NCBI GenBank assembly: GCA_041494685.1
Contig: JBGQBE010000016.1
Coordinates: 1-56,380 of the forward strand
DNA from: Dehalococcoidia bacterium
GTDB taxonomy: Bacteria > Chloroflexota > Dehalococcoidia > DSTF01 > JACRBR01
Length of the DNA stretch: 56,380 nt
Direction: 5' to 3'
The notes beneath the pieces are model-generated. The model searched no databases, was not told where the DNA came from, and saw only the letters and a list, made by a program, of their open reading frames with translations. This document shows positions 1 through 9,828 of this stretch, in pieces. Within the stretch, counting starts at the first letter, position 1. Every line of letters starts with the position of its first letter. Both the position numbers and the translations under genes were made by a program.

Positions 1-1
1 C

Positions 2-253
2 GCGGACCACGAGCAGGTCCTGGTCACGTCGCGGCGCGGCGAACTCACCGGCGCGGCGCTGCTCACCGAGGCGGTGCGCCGCGGCGAGATCTTCGTGCCG
101 TTCGTGAAGCTCGCGGACTCGGCTGCGAACTTCCTCACGAACGCCGCCTACGACCCGAAGTCGAAGATCCCCGAGTTCAAGGTGTGCGCGGTGCGCATCG
201 ACAAGCCGGCCGCCGAGCGCCGTCCGCGCGGCGGCGGCCGCAAGCGCTTCTAG
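2..253 (+). CDS. C-terminal fragment of a formate dehydrogenase alpha-like molybdopterin oxidoreductase (5' end outside window)
   Basis: Manual translation ...VTSRRGEL...GEIFVPF...ANFLTNAAYDPKSKIPEFKVCAVRI...RKRF* matches the FdhF/Nas-type molybdopterin-dinucleotide-binding C-terminus; not in the ORF track. Confidence 0.8.
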   Translation, partial: ADHEQVLVTSRRGELTGAALLTEAVRRGEIFVPFVKLADSAANFLTNAAYDPKSKIPEFKVCAVRIDKPAAERRPRGGGRKRF

Positions 254-288
254 CGGATCCAGATGATCCGTGCCACCCGGCACGAGTG

Positions 289-2898
289 CTACGGCGCGTG
301 CGCAGCCAGCACGCGCCGCGCGTGATCGATGAGAAAGAACAGCGCCGCCCCGATGGGCAAGATGGCGAGCCACGCCGGCCCTACGCGTTCCATGGAGAAC
401 ATCCCGTTGATGCCCGGCGCGTAGACGAGCGTAAGCGCGAGCGCCAGCTCAACCAGCAGCCCGTACAACATCCAGGCGTTCGATGCCAACGAGAGGCGAC
501 TGCTCAACGAGCCGTCGCGTTGTGCGAAGAGACAGCCGATCTGTCCGGCAACGACGCCGAGGAAGGTCATCGAGCGCGCCCCGTCGTCAAACGCGCTATA
601 CGGCTGGAGCGAGTCGAAGGGCCGCCAGCCTTGCCACGCGAAGTACGAGAAGAAGCCGGCCAGTCCGAGAGCCGCCTCCATAACGCCGAAGAACAAGAAG
701 GTCTTGAGCGCCAGCGAGCGTGTCATCAGCGGGCGGTCGGGCCGTTCTGGTACAGCGTCCATGATCCGCGGCGAGGGCGGATCGGCGCCGAGCGCCATGG
801 CCGGCAGGAGGTCCGTACCCAGGTCGATCGCGAGGATCTGCGCGACCATCAGCGGCAGGGGAATGTGCAGAAACACATACAACAAGAAGGGGGCCAGCTC
901 CGCGACGTTACTGGTGAAGACATAGCTCGCGAACCGGCGGATGTTGGCCTTGATGGAGCGGCCCTCCTGGATCGCCGCCACGATCGTCGCGAAATTGTCG
1001 TCGGCGAGGACGATGTCGGCCGCCTGCTTCGCGACCTCGGTGCCACGGCGACCCATCGCGACACCCACGTCGGCGGCGCGAAGCGCGGGCGCGTCATTGA
1101 TGCCGTCGCCGGTGACCACGACGATCTCCCCCGCGCGGCGGAGCAGCGTCGCAATACGGAGCTTCTGGCGGGGATCGATCCGCGCGAAGACGCTGTCCGA
1201 CCGGAGCCGGGCAAGTAGCCGCTCATCAGAGAGTGCGTCGACCGTGGCACCGTCGCACACCGGCGTGACCCCATCCGCCAGCCCGATACCAAGCGCGACC
1301 GCTTGTGCCGTGACCGGGTGATCGCCGGTGAGCATGATGACGCGAATACGCGCGCGCCGGCATGCCTCGATGGCCGCCGGCACCTCTGGACGGGGAGGGT
1401 CGTGCAGTCGCACCATGCCCAGCACGGTCGGCGCAGCGCCGCTCGGGCCGCTCGCGAGCAGGATCACCCGTTCGCCGCGTTCGGCTGCCGCGTCGACCAT
1501 GCCGGCGATGATCTCGTTGCGCCCGCCGCCAGCATCGAGCGTCAGCACGGCTTCTGGCGCGCCCTTGATGAAACTGCGGGCCACGCCATCCACGTCGCAC
1601 GTGACGGACATGTACCGCCGGGCGGATTCAAACCGCACATCCTCGGATCGAGGATATGCGCGGCGCAGCGCCGCGATATCACAGCCGTGGCTGGCAGCCC
1701 ACTGCGCAAGCGCCACGTCGATCGGATCGCCTGCGTATCCGTCGTTGTCCGTGAACGCATCGTTGCAGAGCACGGCGGCCAGCAGCGCCTCGGGAGGAGG
1801 AGTGCTCGACCCGCCGGCATCGGCGAATCCGAGCACCGAGAGCGTGTTCTGCGTCAGCGTACCCGTCTTGTCGGTGCAGATCACGGTCACCGCGCCCACC
1901 GCTTCCACGGCTGAGAGGCGCCGGATCGCGGCGCCCCGCTCGGCCATCCGTCTGGCGCCGATGGCGAGCGAGACGCTCAGCGTCGGCAGGAGCCCTTCCG
2001 GGACCAATGCGACAATCACACCGGTCGCAAACGTGAGCGCCGCGAAGAATTCCACACTCGTGCTCAGCGAGGCGATAGACAATGTGGCCGCGCCGGCCAG
2101 CACCGCCAGCACCGCCGTCAATCGTGAGAGTGCCGCAACCTGGCGCTCCAGCACCGACTCTCCACGATGCACTGCCTCGACGAGCGACGCGATCTCGCCG
2201 ATGGTGCTCGCCGGGCCGGTTGCCCAGACGACCCCCTGGGCGAACCCGGTGACCACACCCGATGCGGCCGGCGCCACGCACAGGAGATCCGTGGGACGTA
2301 CCGCGCCCTCCGCATCGATGACGACCCGCGCGTCGCGCTCGGCGGGTGACGATTCGCCCGTGATCATCGAGAGGTCGAGTGTGAGATCCCGCGCAGTCAG
2401 CAGCACCACGTCCGCCGGTACGACGTCGCCGGCAGCGACATGCACGATGTCGCCGGGCACGAGATCGGCGGCGGGAAGACGCCGTTCCACACCATCGCGC
2501 ACGACGCGGGCCTGCACGGCGACGCGGCGCATCAAGCTCCGCACGACCTGCTCGGCGCGATACTCCTGCAAGAACGCGAAGACACCATTCACGCCGATCA
2601 CCGCAACGATCGCCGTTCCAAGCTGCGGGATGCCGGCGGCGAACGAGAGTCCGGCGGCGAACCAGAGCAAGAGCGCGAGCGTGTGCGTGAAGTTGTCGAG
2701 GAACGTCGCGAGGATGCCGGTACGCTGCGGCCGGACAGGCTCGTTCGCCCCGAAGACGCGCTGGCGTCTGCCCGCCTCGGCCGGCGTGAGGCCGCCCGCC
2801 GTCGTACCCAGCAAGCGGAGGCGCGCCTCGGGTGCCGCCGCCGCAAGCGCGGCGATGCCCGGCAGGGTGATGTCACGTGCCGCTTGCTCAGTTGTCAT
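289..2898 (-). CDS. Cation-transporting P-type ATPase (type II-like)
   Basis: TGES, VPEGLLPT, DKTGTLT, MLTGD and GDGINDAPAL motifs; start moved to MTTEQ at 2898. Confidence 0.93.
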   Translation of the reverse strand: MTTEQAARDITLPGIAALAAAAPEARLRLLGTTAGGLTPAEAGRRQRVFGANEPVRPQRTGILATFLDNFTHTLALLLWFAAGLSFAAGIPQLGTAIVAVIGVNGVFAFLQEYRAEQVVRSLMRRVAVQARVVRDGVERRLPAADLVPGDIVHVAAGDVVPADVVLLTARDLTLDLSMITGESSPAERDARVVIDAEGAVRPTDLLCVAPAASGVVTGFAQGVVWATGPASTIGEIASLVEAVHRGESVLERQVAALSRLTAVLAVLAGAATLSIASLSTSVEFFAALTFATGVIVALVPEGLLPTLSVSLAIGARRMAERGAAIRRLSAVEAVGAVTVICTDKTGTLTQNTLSVLGFADAGGSSTPPPEALLAAVLCNDAFTDNDGYAGDPIDVALAQWAASHGCDIAALRRAYPRSEDVRFESARRYMSVTCDVDGVARSFIKGAPEAVLTLDAGGGRNEIIAGMVDAAAERGERVILLASGPSGAAPTVLGMVRLHDPPRPEVPAAIEACRRARIRVIMLTGDHPVTAQAVALGIGLADGVTPVCDGATVDALSDERLLARLRSDSVFARIDPRQKLRIATLLRRAGEIVVVTGDGINDAPALRAADVGVAMGRRGTEVAKQAADIVLADDNFATIVAAIQEGRSIKANIRRFASYVFTSNVAELAPFLLYVFLHIPLPLMVAQILAIDLGTDLLPAMALGADPPSPRIMDAVPERPDRPLMTRSLALKTFLFFGVMEAALGLAGFFSYFAWQGWRPFDSLQPYSAFDDGARSMTFLGVVAGQIGCLFAQRDGSLSSRLSLASNAWMLYGLLVELALALTLVYAPGINGMFSMERVGPAWLAILPIGAALFFLIDHARRVLAAHAP

Positions 2899-3124
2899 CG
2901 GTCTCGCCGTTCTGCAGCCCCGCTTCGCGGCAGGCGCCCAGCAGCACTCCCCGCGACGCGGCAACTGCCGACACCGTCGATTATGGGGCCCATCCACCGC
3001 CAACTGCACTGCCGTCTGGCCGGAAGGAGCGGGCCTATGCGCACAGATCCGGCTGGCCGTCGGCACCTGGGCCAGGTCGCTCCCTCACCGCACGCCGACG
3101 CGTCGCCGCTACAATGCGGGAACG

Positions 3125-3745
3125 ATGGACGACGCTATGACATTCGCCGCGATCGTGCTGGCCGGCGGCCGCAGCACCCGCCTCGGCAGGGACAAGGCGT
3201 CCGAACCGCTGCTCGGACGGCCGCTGCTGCAGCACGTCATCGATCGCGTTGCGCCGCTCGTCGGCGAACTGATCGTCGTGCGCGCCCCGGCGCAGCAGCT
3301 ACCGGCAGTCGAAGCTCACCTGCCGATACAGGTCGCGGACGACGCCTATCCCGGCAGCGGTCCGCTTGGCGGCATCTTCACGGGCCTGACCGCCGCCCGC
3401 GCCGGGCGCTGCATCGCCGTCGCCTGCGACATGCCGCTGCTCTCCCAGCCCCTCCTGCGCGAGCTGCTCCGCCGCTCCGCCGCGTGTGACGTCGTCATGC
3501 CGGTACTCGAATACCCGGAGCCGCTGCACGCGGTATACGCGCGCTCGTGCGCGGGCGCCATGCGGGCGCGGCTGGACGCGGGTCAGCTCAAGATCACCGG
3601 CTTCCTCGGCGCTGTGAACGTGTGCTACGTCCGCGAGCCGGAATGCCGCGCGATCGACCCCGACCTGCGCTCATTCGTCAACGCCAACACCGAAGAAGAG
3701 CTTGCCCGCGCGGCGAAGCTGCTCCAGGCGGATGACGGCGGCTGA
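3125..3745 (+). CDS. mobA: Molybdenum cofactor guanylyltransferase
   Basis: LAGGRSTRLGRDKA, GPLGGI, ACDMP, EPLHAVY and NANTEEE motifs; this is the C-terminal 206 aa of ORF 1328..3745 (alternative ATG at 3137). Confidence 0.93.
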   Translation: MDDAMTFAAIVLAGGRSTRLGRDKASEPLLGRPLLQHVIDRVAPLVGELIVVRAPAQQLPAVEAHLPIQVADDAYPGSGPLGGIFTGLTAARAGRCIAVACDMPLLSQPLLRELLRRSAACDVVMPVLEYPEPLHAVYARSCAGAMRARLDAGQLKITGFLGAVNVCYVREPECRAIDPDLRSFVNANTEEELARAAKLLQADDGG

Positions 3746-3777
3746 CCGCCAACAGCTAACGGCTAACCGCTAACCGC
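3741..3777. repeat. Imperfect 7-bp tandem repeat (GCTAACC-like) between convergent mobA and moaA
   Basis: gctgacc gccaaca gctaacg gctaacc gctaacc read directly. Confidence 0.7.
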
Positions 3778-3780
3778 TCT

Positions 3781-4848
3781 CTAACCGCCGATGTATGACA
3801 TCTCGATTCTTGGGCCGGCAACGGTGGCGCCGGTGCGCTGTTCGCTGTACCGGTCGTCACGGGCGGCCCAGACGCCGCGGATGGCGTCGATGATCGCGGC
3901 GTCGCTGCCGCCGCGGACCAGCGACCGCAGGTCGGTGCCCTCCGTCGCGAAGAGGCATGTGTAGAGGCGCCCGTCGGGCGAGAGCCGCGCGCGCGTGCAG
4001 GCGCCGCAGAATGGCTGCGTGACCGACGTGATGACGCCAACCTCCGGCTCCACGACGCTCCCACCAGCGGCCTGCGGCGTGACATACCGCCAGCGCTGCG
4101 CCACTTCGCCGGGATAGTTCGCCGGCAGCCGCTCGAGCGGCATCTCTGCGCTGATCAGGCGCACGATCTCCGCGCCGGACACGACTTCGTCGCGCCGCCA
4201 TTCGTTGCTCTGCCCGACATCCATGTACTCGATGAAGCGCACGATGTGCCCCGTGCCGCGGAAGTGGCGCGCGAGGTCGAGCACGGTGTGGTCGTTGACC
4301 CCGCGCCGGACGACCACGTTGACCTTCAGCGGCGTCAGTCCCGCCTTCGCCGCTGCCTCGATGCCTTCGAGCACGCGCGCCGCCGGGAAGTCGACGTCGT
4401 TCATCGCGCGGAACACGGCGTCGTCGAGCGAATCGAGGCTCACCGTGACCCGTTGCAGCCCGGCGTCCGCGAGCGCCTGCGCCTGCCCGGCCAGCAGCGA
4501 ACCGTTGGTCGTCAGCGCGATCTCGATGCCGGGGATCCGGGCGAGCATCGCGATCAGCGACGACAGGTCCTTCCGCAGCAGCGGCTCGCCGCCCGTCAGA
4601 CGGATCTTGCGGACGCCCTGCGACACGAAGATGCGCGCGAGCCGCTCGATCTCTTCGAACGACAGAAGGTCGCCGCGGCCCAGGAACGTGGAGCCGGCGC
4701 CGAACACCTCGCGCGGCATGCAGTACCGGCACCGGAAGTTGCAGCGGTCTGTGACGGAGATCCGCAGGTCGAGCAGGGCGCGCCCGAAGTGGTCGCGCGG
4801 AACGCCTGCGTCGGATCGGTCGCCGCACCTGGAAGTGTCGAGTATCAC
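3781..4848 (-). CDS. moaA: GTP 3',8-cyclase (radical SAM)
   Basis: [36 protein letters not shown]...C and C-terminal MSYIGG. Confidence 0.97.
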   Translation of the reverse strand: MILDTSRCGDRSDAGVPRDHFGRALLDLRISVTDRCNFRCRYCMPREVFGAGSTFLGRGDLLSFEEIERLARIFVSQGVRKIRLTGGEPLLRKDLSSLIAMLARIPGIEIALTTNGSLLAGQAQALADAGLQRVTVSLDSLDDAVFRAMNDVDFPAARVLEGIEAAAKAGLTPLKVNVVVRRGVNDHTVLDLARHFRGTGHIVRFIEYMDVGQSNEWRRDEVVSGAEIVRLISAEMPLERLPANYPGEVAQRWRYVTPQAAGGSVVEPEVGVITSVTQPFCGACTRARLSPDGRLYTCLFATEGTDLRSLVRGGSDAAIIDAIRGVWAARDDRYSEQRTGATVAGPRIEMSYIGG

Positions 4849-4864
4849 GGACTCGCCTCCCCGC

Positions 4865-6595
4865 TTACACCACCTGGCGCTCGCCGTAGTACGGCATCGA
4901 TACCGTACCGGGCTTGCTCTCCGTACCGCCTCGCGCGACCATCGCCATCGTCACCGGGGCGATCACGCTGGGGTCCGTCTGGACGTTGATGCACGCTGGA
5001 CGGCGCGACTCGAACGCGCGCGCGATCGCCGGTCCGAGATCATCCGCCATCTCGACCTGCTCCGCGTAACAGCCGAATCCCGCGGCCGCCAGGTCGTAGC
5101 GCACCACGCCAAGGTCTGTCACGACCGTGTGGTCCTTGCCGTACATCAGCTCCTGCCCGTGCTTGGACATGCCCCACTGCTGGTCGTTGTTCACCACGAC
5201 CACGATCGGAAGGCGGTGGCGCACCATCGTGTCGAACTCCGCGAAGTTGAGGCCGACGGAGCCGTCGCCCGTCAGGCACACGACGCGGCTCTCCGGATGC
5301 GCGATCTGGGCGGCAATGGCGAACGGCAGCCCCGTGCCCAGACAGCCCAGGTAGCCGTGCGACAGCCAGTGCCCCGGCGCACGGATTGTGGACGCCATCT
5401 CGAGCCAGAACGAGGTCTCGCCTCCGTCACCGACGAGGACGTCGCTCTCGCGGTCCATCATGCGGCCGATGTCGCGCGCGAGCCGGTACGGATGGATCGG
5501 CGCGGCGCACGCCGCCGGCCCGGAGAACACGGCGTCCATCGCGCCGCGGCTGCCGCGCAGCGTCGCCACCCAGGCGCCGCGGTCGGGCCAGGCGCGCGTC
5601 CCGGCTCCGGCGTTCAGCGCATGCAGCGTCGCGCAGCAATCGGCGACGATCCCCGTCTGCACGTCGCGGTTGCGGCCGATCTCCTCTCCCTCGACATCGA
5701 CCTGGATGAGGTGCGCCGTATCCGGAATGAACGAGTTCTGCGCGCCGCCGGTGAACAGCCCCAGCCGCGCGCCGAGCATCAGCACGACATCGGGTCCGCC
5801 CGCCTGCCGCGTTCCCATGAGCGACATGAATCCCCCGCCCGAGAGCGGGTGATCTTCCGGCAGGCACGCTCGCCCCCGGCCGTTCGCCAGCACCGGGACG
5901 CCCGTGCGCTCCGCGAACGCGCGCAGTTCATCGCTCGCGCCCGAAAACCAGACGCCGCCGCCCGCCATGATCACGGGCCGCTCCGCCGCCGCGAGCCGGT
6001 CGAGTATCTCCCGCACCGTCGCGTCCTCCGGCGCGGGACGCTCGGCCGGCCGGTACGCCGCGGGAAGCTTCACGCGTGACTCGTCGATGCGGGCGAACAG
6101 GACGTCCGCGGGCAGTTCGAGGAACACCGGGCCAGGGCGCCCGCTCGTCGCGATGCGCAACGCCTGCGCGACATAGTCCGGCAGGCGCTGCAGGTGCGTG
6201 ACCGTCGTGGACCACTTCGTCACCGGCTTCATCAGGTCGACTTGGCTGAAGCCGCCCTGGAGCGGCAGCCGCTCGTCGTCGATGAGCGGGCTCCGTCCGC
6301 CGATGACCAGCATGGGCACGCAGTCGAGATACGCGTTCGCGACGGCGGTGACGACGTCGGTGACGCCGGGCCCGGCGGTGACGATCGCGACGCCGACGCG
6401 CCCCGTCGTGCGAGCCCAGCCGTCGGCGGCATGCCCCGCCGCCTGCTCGTGCCTCGTGTCCACCAGCCGCAGCCCATGCCGGACAGCGGCCTGGTAGATC
6501 GCGTCGAGATGTCCGCCGTGCAACGTGAAGACGCAATCGACGCCCTCCGCAACCAGCATGCGGACGAGGATCTCACCACCGTCAATGTCGCTCAC
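4865..6595 (-). CDS. Thiamine diphosphate-dependent enzyme, benzaldehyde lyase / 2-hydroxyacyl-CoA lyase-like
   Basis: [18 protein letters not shown] and GDGSVG...NN ThDP motif; GTG start at 6595 with GGGGGT RBS. Confidence 0.88.
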   Translation of the reverse strand: MSDIDGGEILVRMLVAEGVDCVFTLHGGHLDAIYQAAVRHGLRLVDTRHEQAAGHAADGWARTTGRVGVAIVTAGPGVTDVVTAVANAYLDCVPMLVIGGRSPLIDDERLPLQGGFSQVDLMKPVTKWSTTVTHLQRLPDYVAQALRIATSGRPGPVFLELPADVLFARIDESRVKLPAAYRPAERPAPEDATVREILDRLAAAERPVIMAGGGVWFSGASDELRAFAERTGVPVLANGRGRACLPEDHPLSGGGFMSLMGTRQAGGPDVVLMLGARLGLFTGGAQNSFIPDTAHLIQVDVEGEEIGRNRDVQTGIVADCCATLHALNAGAGTRAWPDRGAWVATLRGSRGAMDAVFSGPAACAAPIHPYRLARDIGRMMDRESDVLVGDGGETSFWLEMASTIRAPGHWLSHGYLGCLGTGLPFAIAAQIAHPESRVVCLTGDGSVGLNFAEFDTMVRHRLPIVVVVNNDQQWGMSKHGQELMYGKDHTVVTDLGVVRYDLAAAGFGCYAEQVEMADDLGPAIARAFESRRPACINVQTDPSVIAPVTMAMVARGGTESKPGTVSMPYYGERQVV

Positions 6596-6654
6596 GTCGC
6601 ACCCCCGTCGCTCACGGCAACCGAATGTGTGGGGCAACAGTAACTCCCGGTACA

Positions 6655-6702
6655 GGGCCATTCCGGTGTCGATCGGCCCCGACTCCGGGGCCAAATGGCC
6701 CT
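6655..6702. promoter_or_regulatory. Tandem DosR/OsdR-like operator boxes
   Basis: GGTGTCGATCGGCCCC (6665-6680) and GGGGCCAAATGGCCCT (6687-6702); 6655-6679 reverse complement matches 47119-47143 at 23/25. Confidence 0.65.
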
Positions 6703-6769
6703 GCGAGTCCGGAGCGCGTTCGCGCGATGATGCTTGAAACCGAACGGGCGCAGGACAGGAGGCACGGCG

Positions 6770-7141
6770 ATGGTGCGGCAGTCAGAAGAGACCCTGGTCA
6801 CGATGACGGAGCGGGCGCAGACGAAGATGATGAGCCTGATGCGCGACCGCGGACTCGAACAACCGGAGTTGCGTGTGTTCGTCGCCGGCGGCGGCTGTTC
6901 CGGCTACCAGTACGGCATGTCGATCGCGGAGGGACGTCAGCAGAACGACATCATCGTCAGCCAGGGCGACCTGACGCTGCTCATCGACCCCGACAGCGCC
7001 CCGCTCGTGCGCGGTGCAGAGATCGACTACATCGACGACGTCATGCAGTCGGGATTCGCGATCAACAACCCGAACGCGCCGGCATCGGGCGGCTGCTCCT
7101 GCTCCGCGAACGGCGGCGAAGGCCCGCCAACCTGCTGCTAG
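6770..7141 (+). CDS. A-type Fe-S carrier (HesB/IscA/ErpA family)
   Basis: LRVFVAGGGCSGYQY, GAEIDY, F.INNPNA...CSC; AGGAGG RBS before ATG 6770. Confidence 0.92.
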   Translation: MVRQSEETLVTMTERAQTKMMSLMRDRGLEQPELRVFVAGGGCSGYQYGMSIAEGRQQNDIIVSQGDLTLLIDPDSAPLVRGAEIDYIDDVMQSGFAINNPNAPASGGCSCSANGGEGPPTCC

Positions 7142-7158
7142 GGAGCGAGGCCGACACG

Positions 7159-8082
7159 GTACACCGAGAAGACGTCACGTTCATCAGCGGCGGCGAGCCT
7201 ATCGCCGCCTGGTTCTATCACGCGCCGAGTGATGAACGGGCCCCGTGCGTCGTGGTGGCGCACGGCTTCGCGGGCGTGAAGGAAGCGCGGCTGGACGCGT
7301 TCGCGGAGCGCTTCGCGGCCGCCGGCATGGCGTGCCTCGTGTTCGATTACCGCCACTTCGGCGGAAGCGGCGGCGAGCCGCGGCAGCTCGTGGACATCAA
7401 GCACCAACGCGAAGACTGGCGAGCGGCGCTGCAATACGCACGTTCGCGCCCCACCGTCGACGCGCAGGCGATCGGCTTGTGGGGGACGTCGTTCGGCGGT
7501 GGCCACGTACTCGAACTCGCCGCGCGCGATCCGGAGATCAAAGCCGCCGTGCTCCATCTCCCGCTCGTCGACGCGCTGGCGACGGGCCGGCACGAAGGCT
7601 TCATCCCGACGGCGAAGCTCGTGTGGTGCGGCTTCCGCGACCTGTTCCGGGCACTCACCCGGCGGCCGCCGTACTTCATCCCCGTCGTCGCCCCGCCGGG
7701 CTCCCTCGCCTTCATGAGCACGCCCGAGGCGCAGCCGGGGTACTTCGCGATCGTGACGGACGCGCCCACCTGGAGGAACGAGGTCGCCGCCCGCATCGTG
7801 ATCGAGATGGCGCTCTTCCGCCCGATCGCCAGCGCTGAGCGGGCGCGCTGCCCGCTGCTGTTCGTCGTGGGCGAGAAGGACTCGATTACGCCGACCGACG
7901 TCACGCTCAAGGCGGCGCGCGACGCGCCGAACGCGCACGTGATCTCCCTTCCGGGCGGCCACTTCGACGCCTACCTGGGCGAGCAGTTCGAACGGGCGGT
8001 CAGCACCGAAGCCGCATTCTTCGCGGAGCACCTGCTGGGCGCGGCAGCGCGGCCGGAAGCCGGCAGCACAGCAGCAATCTAG
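7159..8082 (+). CDS. Alpha/beta hydrolase (start codon uncertain)
   Basis: AHGF, FDYRHFGGSGG, GTSFGG nucleophile elbow, GEKD and GGHF; the apparent N-terminus starts at a GTA codon. Confidence 0.82.
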   Translation, partial: VHREDVTFISGGEPIAAWFYHAPSDERAPCVVVAHGFAGVKEARLDAFAERFAAAGMACLVFDYRHFGGSGGEPRQLVDIKHQREDWRAALQYARSRPTVDAQAIGLWGTSFGGGHVLELAARDPEIKAAVLHLPLVDALATGRHEGFIPTAKLVWCGFRDLFRALTRRPPYFIPVVAPPGSLAFMSTPEAQPGYFAIVTDAPTWRNEVAARIVIEMALFRPIASAERARCPLLFVVGEKDSITPTDVTLKAARDAPNAHVISLPGGHFDAYLGEQFERAVSTEAAFFAEHLLGAAARPEAGSTAAI

Positions 8083-8116
8083 CGATCCTCAGCGCACGTG
8101 AGGATTGGCGCCGGCA

Positions 8117-8941
8117 TTACGCTTCCCTGATCTCGAACAGCCACGCCGCCAGGGCCACGGGGACGACGATCCACGCGGCCAGCGCGACGCTGAGGATTGC
8201 GGTCGCGCCGCCGGTGCCGGCGCGCTCCATCACGTACGAGCCGAACGGGCCGAGGATCTGCAGGTCGGGCTCGAGATGGATGATCGCGAGCACGCGCACG
8301 ATCTCGACCGGGTTGGCCAGCAACGCCAGCATGAGTCCGCCTCCCCCGAGCGAGGTGGCCGAGACCATGCCGATGAGCAGCAGGTCGAACACGAACACGA
8401 ACACGAACCAGATCATCAGCGCGAAGCCGAGTGCCTGCACGCGCGTGCCCGAGATCACTGACGCGACCAGACCCAGGCCGGTCATCACACAGACGAGCGC
8501 AAGCACCAGGACGATGAGCAGGAGGTACGTGCCGACATCAAGCGTGGAGGCGAAGAAGGCGATGAAGACGCCCGCCGCGCCGAACCCCGCCACCGTCGCC
8601 AGCGCGATCGACGCGCTCAGGCCGGCGAACTTGCCGGCGAGCAGCTCCCAGCGGTCCAGCGGTTGCGACAGCAGGTACGTCAGCGCGCCACGGTCGCGCT
8701 CGCCCGCGATCGCTCCGGCGCCGAGCGACAGCGCCGCCAGTGGCGCGAGGAGCAGGCAGAGGTTGAGGACGCTGGCCGTCGTACGGCTGAAGTTCTCGAA
8801 GCCGACGCTGCCGAGGTTCCGCTCTCCCAGGTACGACAGCGCGAGCGCGAGCACCGTGAAGAGCGCGGCATAGAGGATCAGCCACGAGCTGTTGACGGCG
8901 TCGCGCAGCTCCTTGCGGGCGACGGCGAGCACCACGCTCAC
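8117..8941 (-). CDS. nosY: Copper ABC transporter permease for N2O reductase maturation
   Basis: ABC-2 permease (AGERDRGALTYLLSQP, LANPVE) at the end of the nos operon; GTGA overlap with nosF. Confidence 0.88.
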   Translation of the reverse strand: MSVVLAVARKELRDAVNSSWLILYAALFTVLALALSYLGERNLGSVGFENFSRTTASVLNLCLLLAPLAALSLGAGAIAGERDRGALTYLLSQPLDRWELLAGKFAGLSASIALATVAGFGAAGVFIAFFASTLDVGTYLLLIVLVLALVCVMTGLGLVASVISGTRVQALGFALMIWFVFVFVFDLLLIGMVSATSLGGGGLMLALLANPVEIVRVLAIIHLEPDLQILGPFGSYVMERAGTGGATAILSVALAAWIVVPVALAAWLFEIREA

Positions 8942-9828
8942 GGCTGCACCTGCCCCTCGTCCCCACGCGCCTGCGCCGTCGCCAGCAGGATCTCCTCCCA
9001 GCGAAGCTCGGCCTTCTGGACGTTCTCGGGGCCGACGCCCGCGGCTCGCAGCGCCTCGATGAACGCCGCCGGCGCGTTGCCGTTGAGGTTGACCACGTAG
9101 CGGCTGCCGTGCGCGCGCTGCGCAAGGTCGTCGAGTGAGCCGTCGAACGCCAGGCGTCCCTCGTGCAGGATCAGCGCGCGGTCCGCGACCTCGTCGAGGT
9201 GATCGAGGAAGTGCGTCGAGAGGATCACCGTCTTCCCCTGGTCGCGGAGCCGTACGATCAGTTCCTGCAGGCCACGGCGGCTCTCGACGTCGAGGCTCGC
9301 CGTCGGCTCGTCGAGCAGCAGCAACGGCGGGTCCGCGAGCAGGGCGGCCGCCAGCGCCAGCCGCTGCCGCATGCCTCCGGAGAGGTGGCCGACCTTCGTC
9401 GCCGTTTGCGGCGCGAGGTTCACGAGTTCGAGCAGCTCAAGCACCCGCCCCTTCGCGACGCCCTTGATCTCGGCAAGGAACGCGAGCGCCTGGGCGCAGG
9501 TGTCGCCCTCGCTCAGCGCGGGCGACTGCGGCACGTAGCCGATGCGGCGGCGCGCGTCTTTGCCGTGGCCGCGCACCGAGATGCCCGCGACCTCTACGGC
9601 GCCGTCAAATCCGACGACGCCCAGGATGCACTTGAGCGTCGTCGTCTTCCCCGCGCCGTTCGCGCCGAGCAGCGCGACGACGCTGCCGGCCCGCACGTCG
9701 AATGTCACGTCGTCCAGCACTCGCGTGCGGCCGTACCGCTTGCTGAGGCCGGCGACGCGAAGGATGGATGCTGTCCCGTCCTGCGCCACGCTGGTGCACC
9801 CTTCGTTATCCCGTCGGAGCAGCGCCAT
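8938..9828 (-). CDS. nosF: ABC transporter ATPase
   Basis: GANGAGKTT, LSGGMRQR and LLLDEPT motifs; lies between nosD and nosY (alternative GTG start at 9789). Confidence 0.88.
   Translation of the reverse strand: MALLRRDNEGCTSVAQDGTASILRVAGLSKRYGRTRVLDDVTFDVRAGSVVALLGANGAGKTTTLKCILGVVGFDGAVEVAGISVRGHGKDARRRIGYVPQSPALSEGDTCAQALAFLAEIKGVAKGRVLELLELVNLAPQTATKVGHLSGGMRQRLALAAALLADPPLLLLDEPTASLDVESRRGLQELIVRLRDQGKTVILSTHFLDHLDEVADRALILHEGRLAFDGSLDDLAQRAHGSRYVVNLNGNAPAAFIEALRAAGVGPENVQKAELRWEEILLATAQARGDEGQVQP

Noticed and set aside
2900..3124. DosR-like boxes in the ATPase/mobA divergent region
   Set aside because: Only GGGCC half-sites, indistinguishable from high-GC background.
1328..3745. 805-aa ORF as an extended MobA
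   Set aside because: The N-terminal part is antisense to the P-type ATPase; MobA similarity begins at 3125.
7139..7141. Stop-codon recoding (Sec or Pyl) in HesB or the molybdoenzymes
   Set aside because: All domains are complete at their stops and read-through frames give nothing recognisable.
6625..8082. HesB-hydrolase fusion or 485-aa hydrolase
   Set aside because: HesB is in another frame with its own RBS and stop; no slippery site seen.
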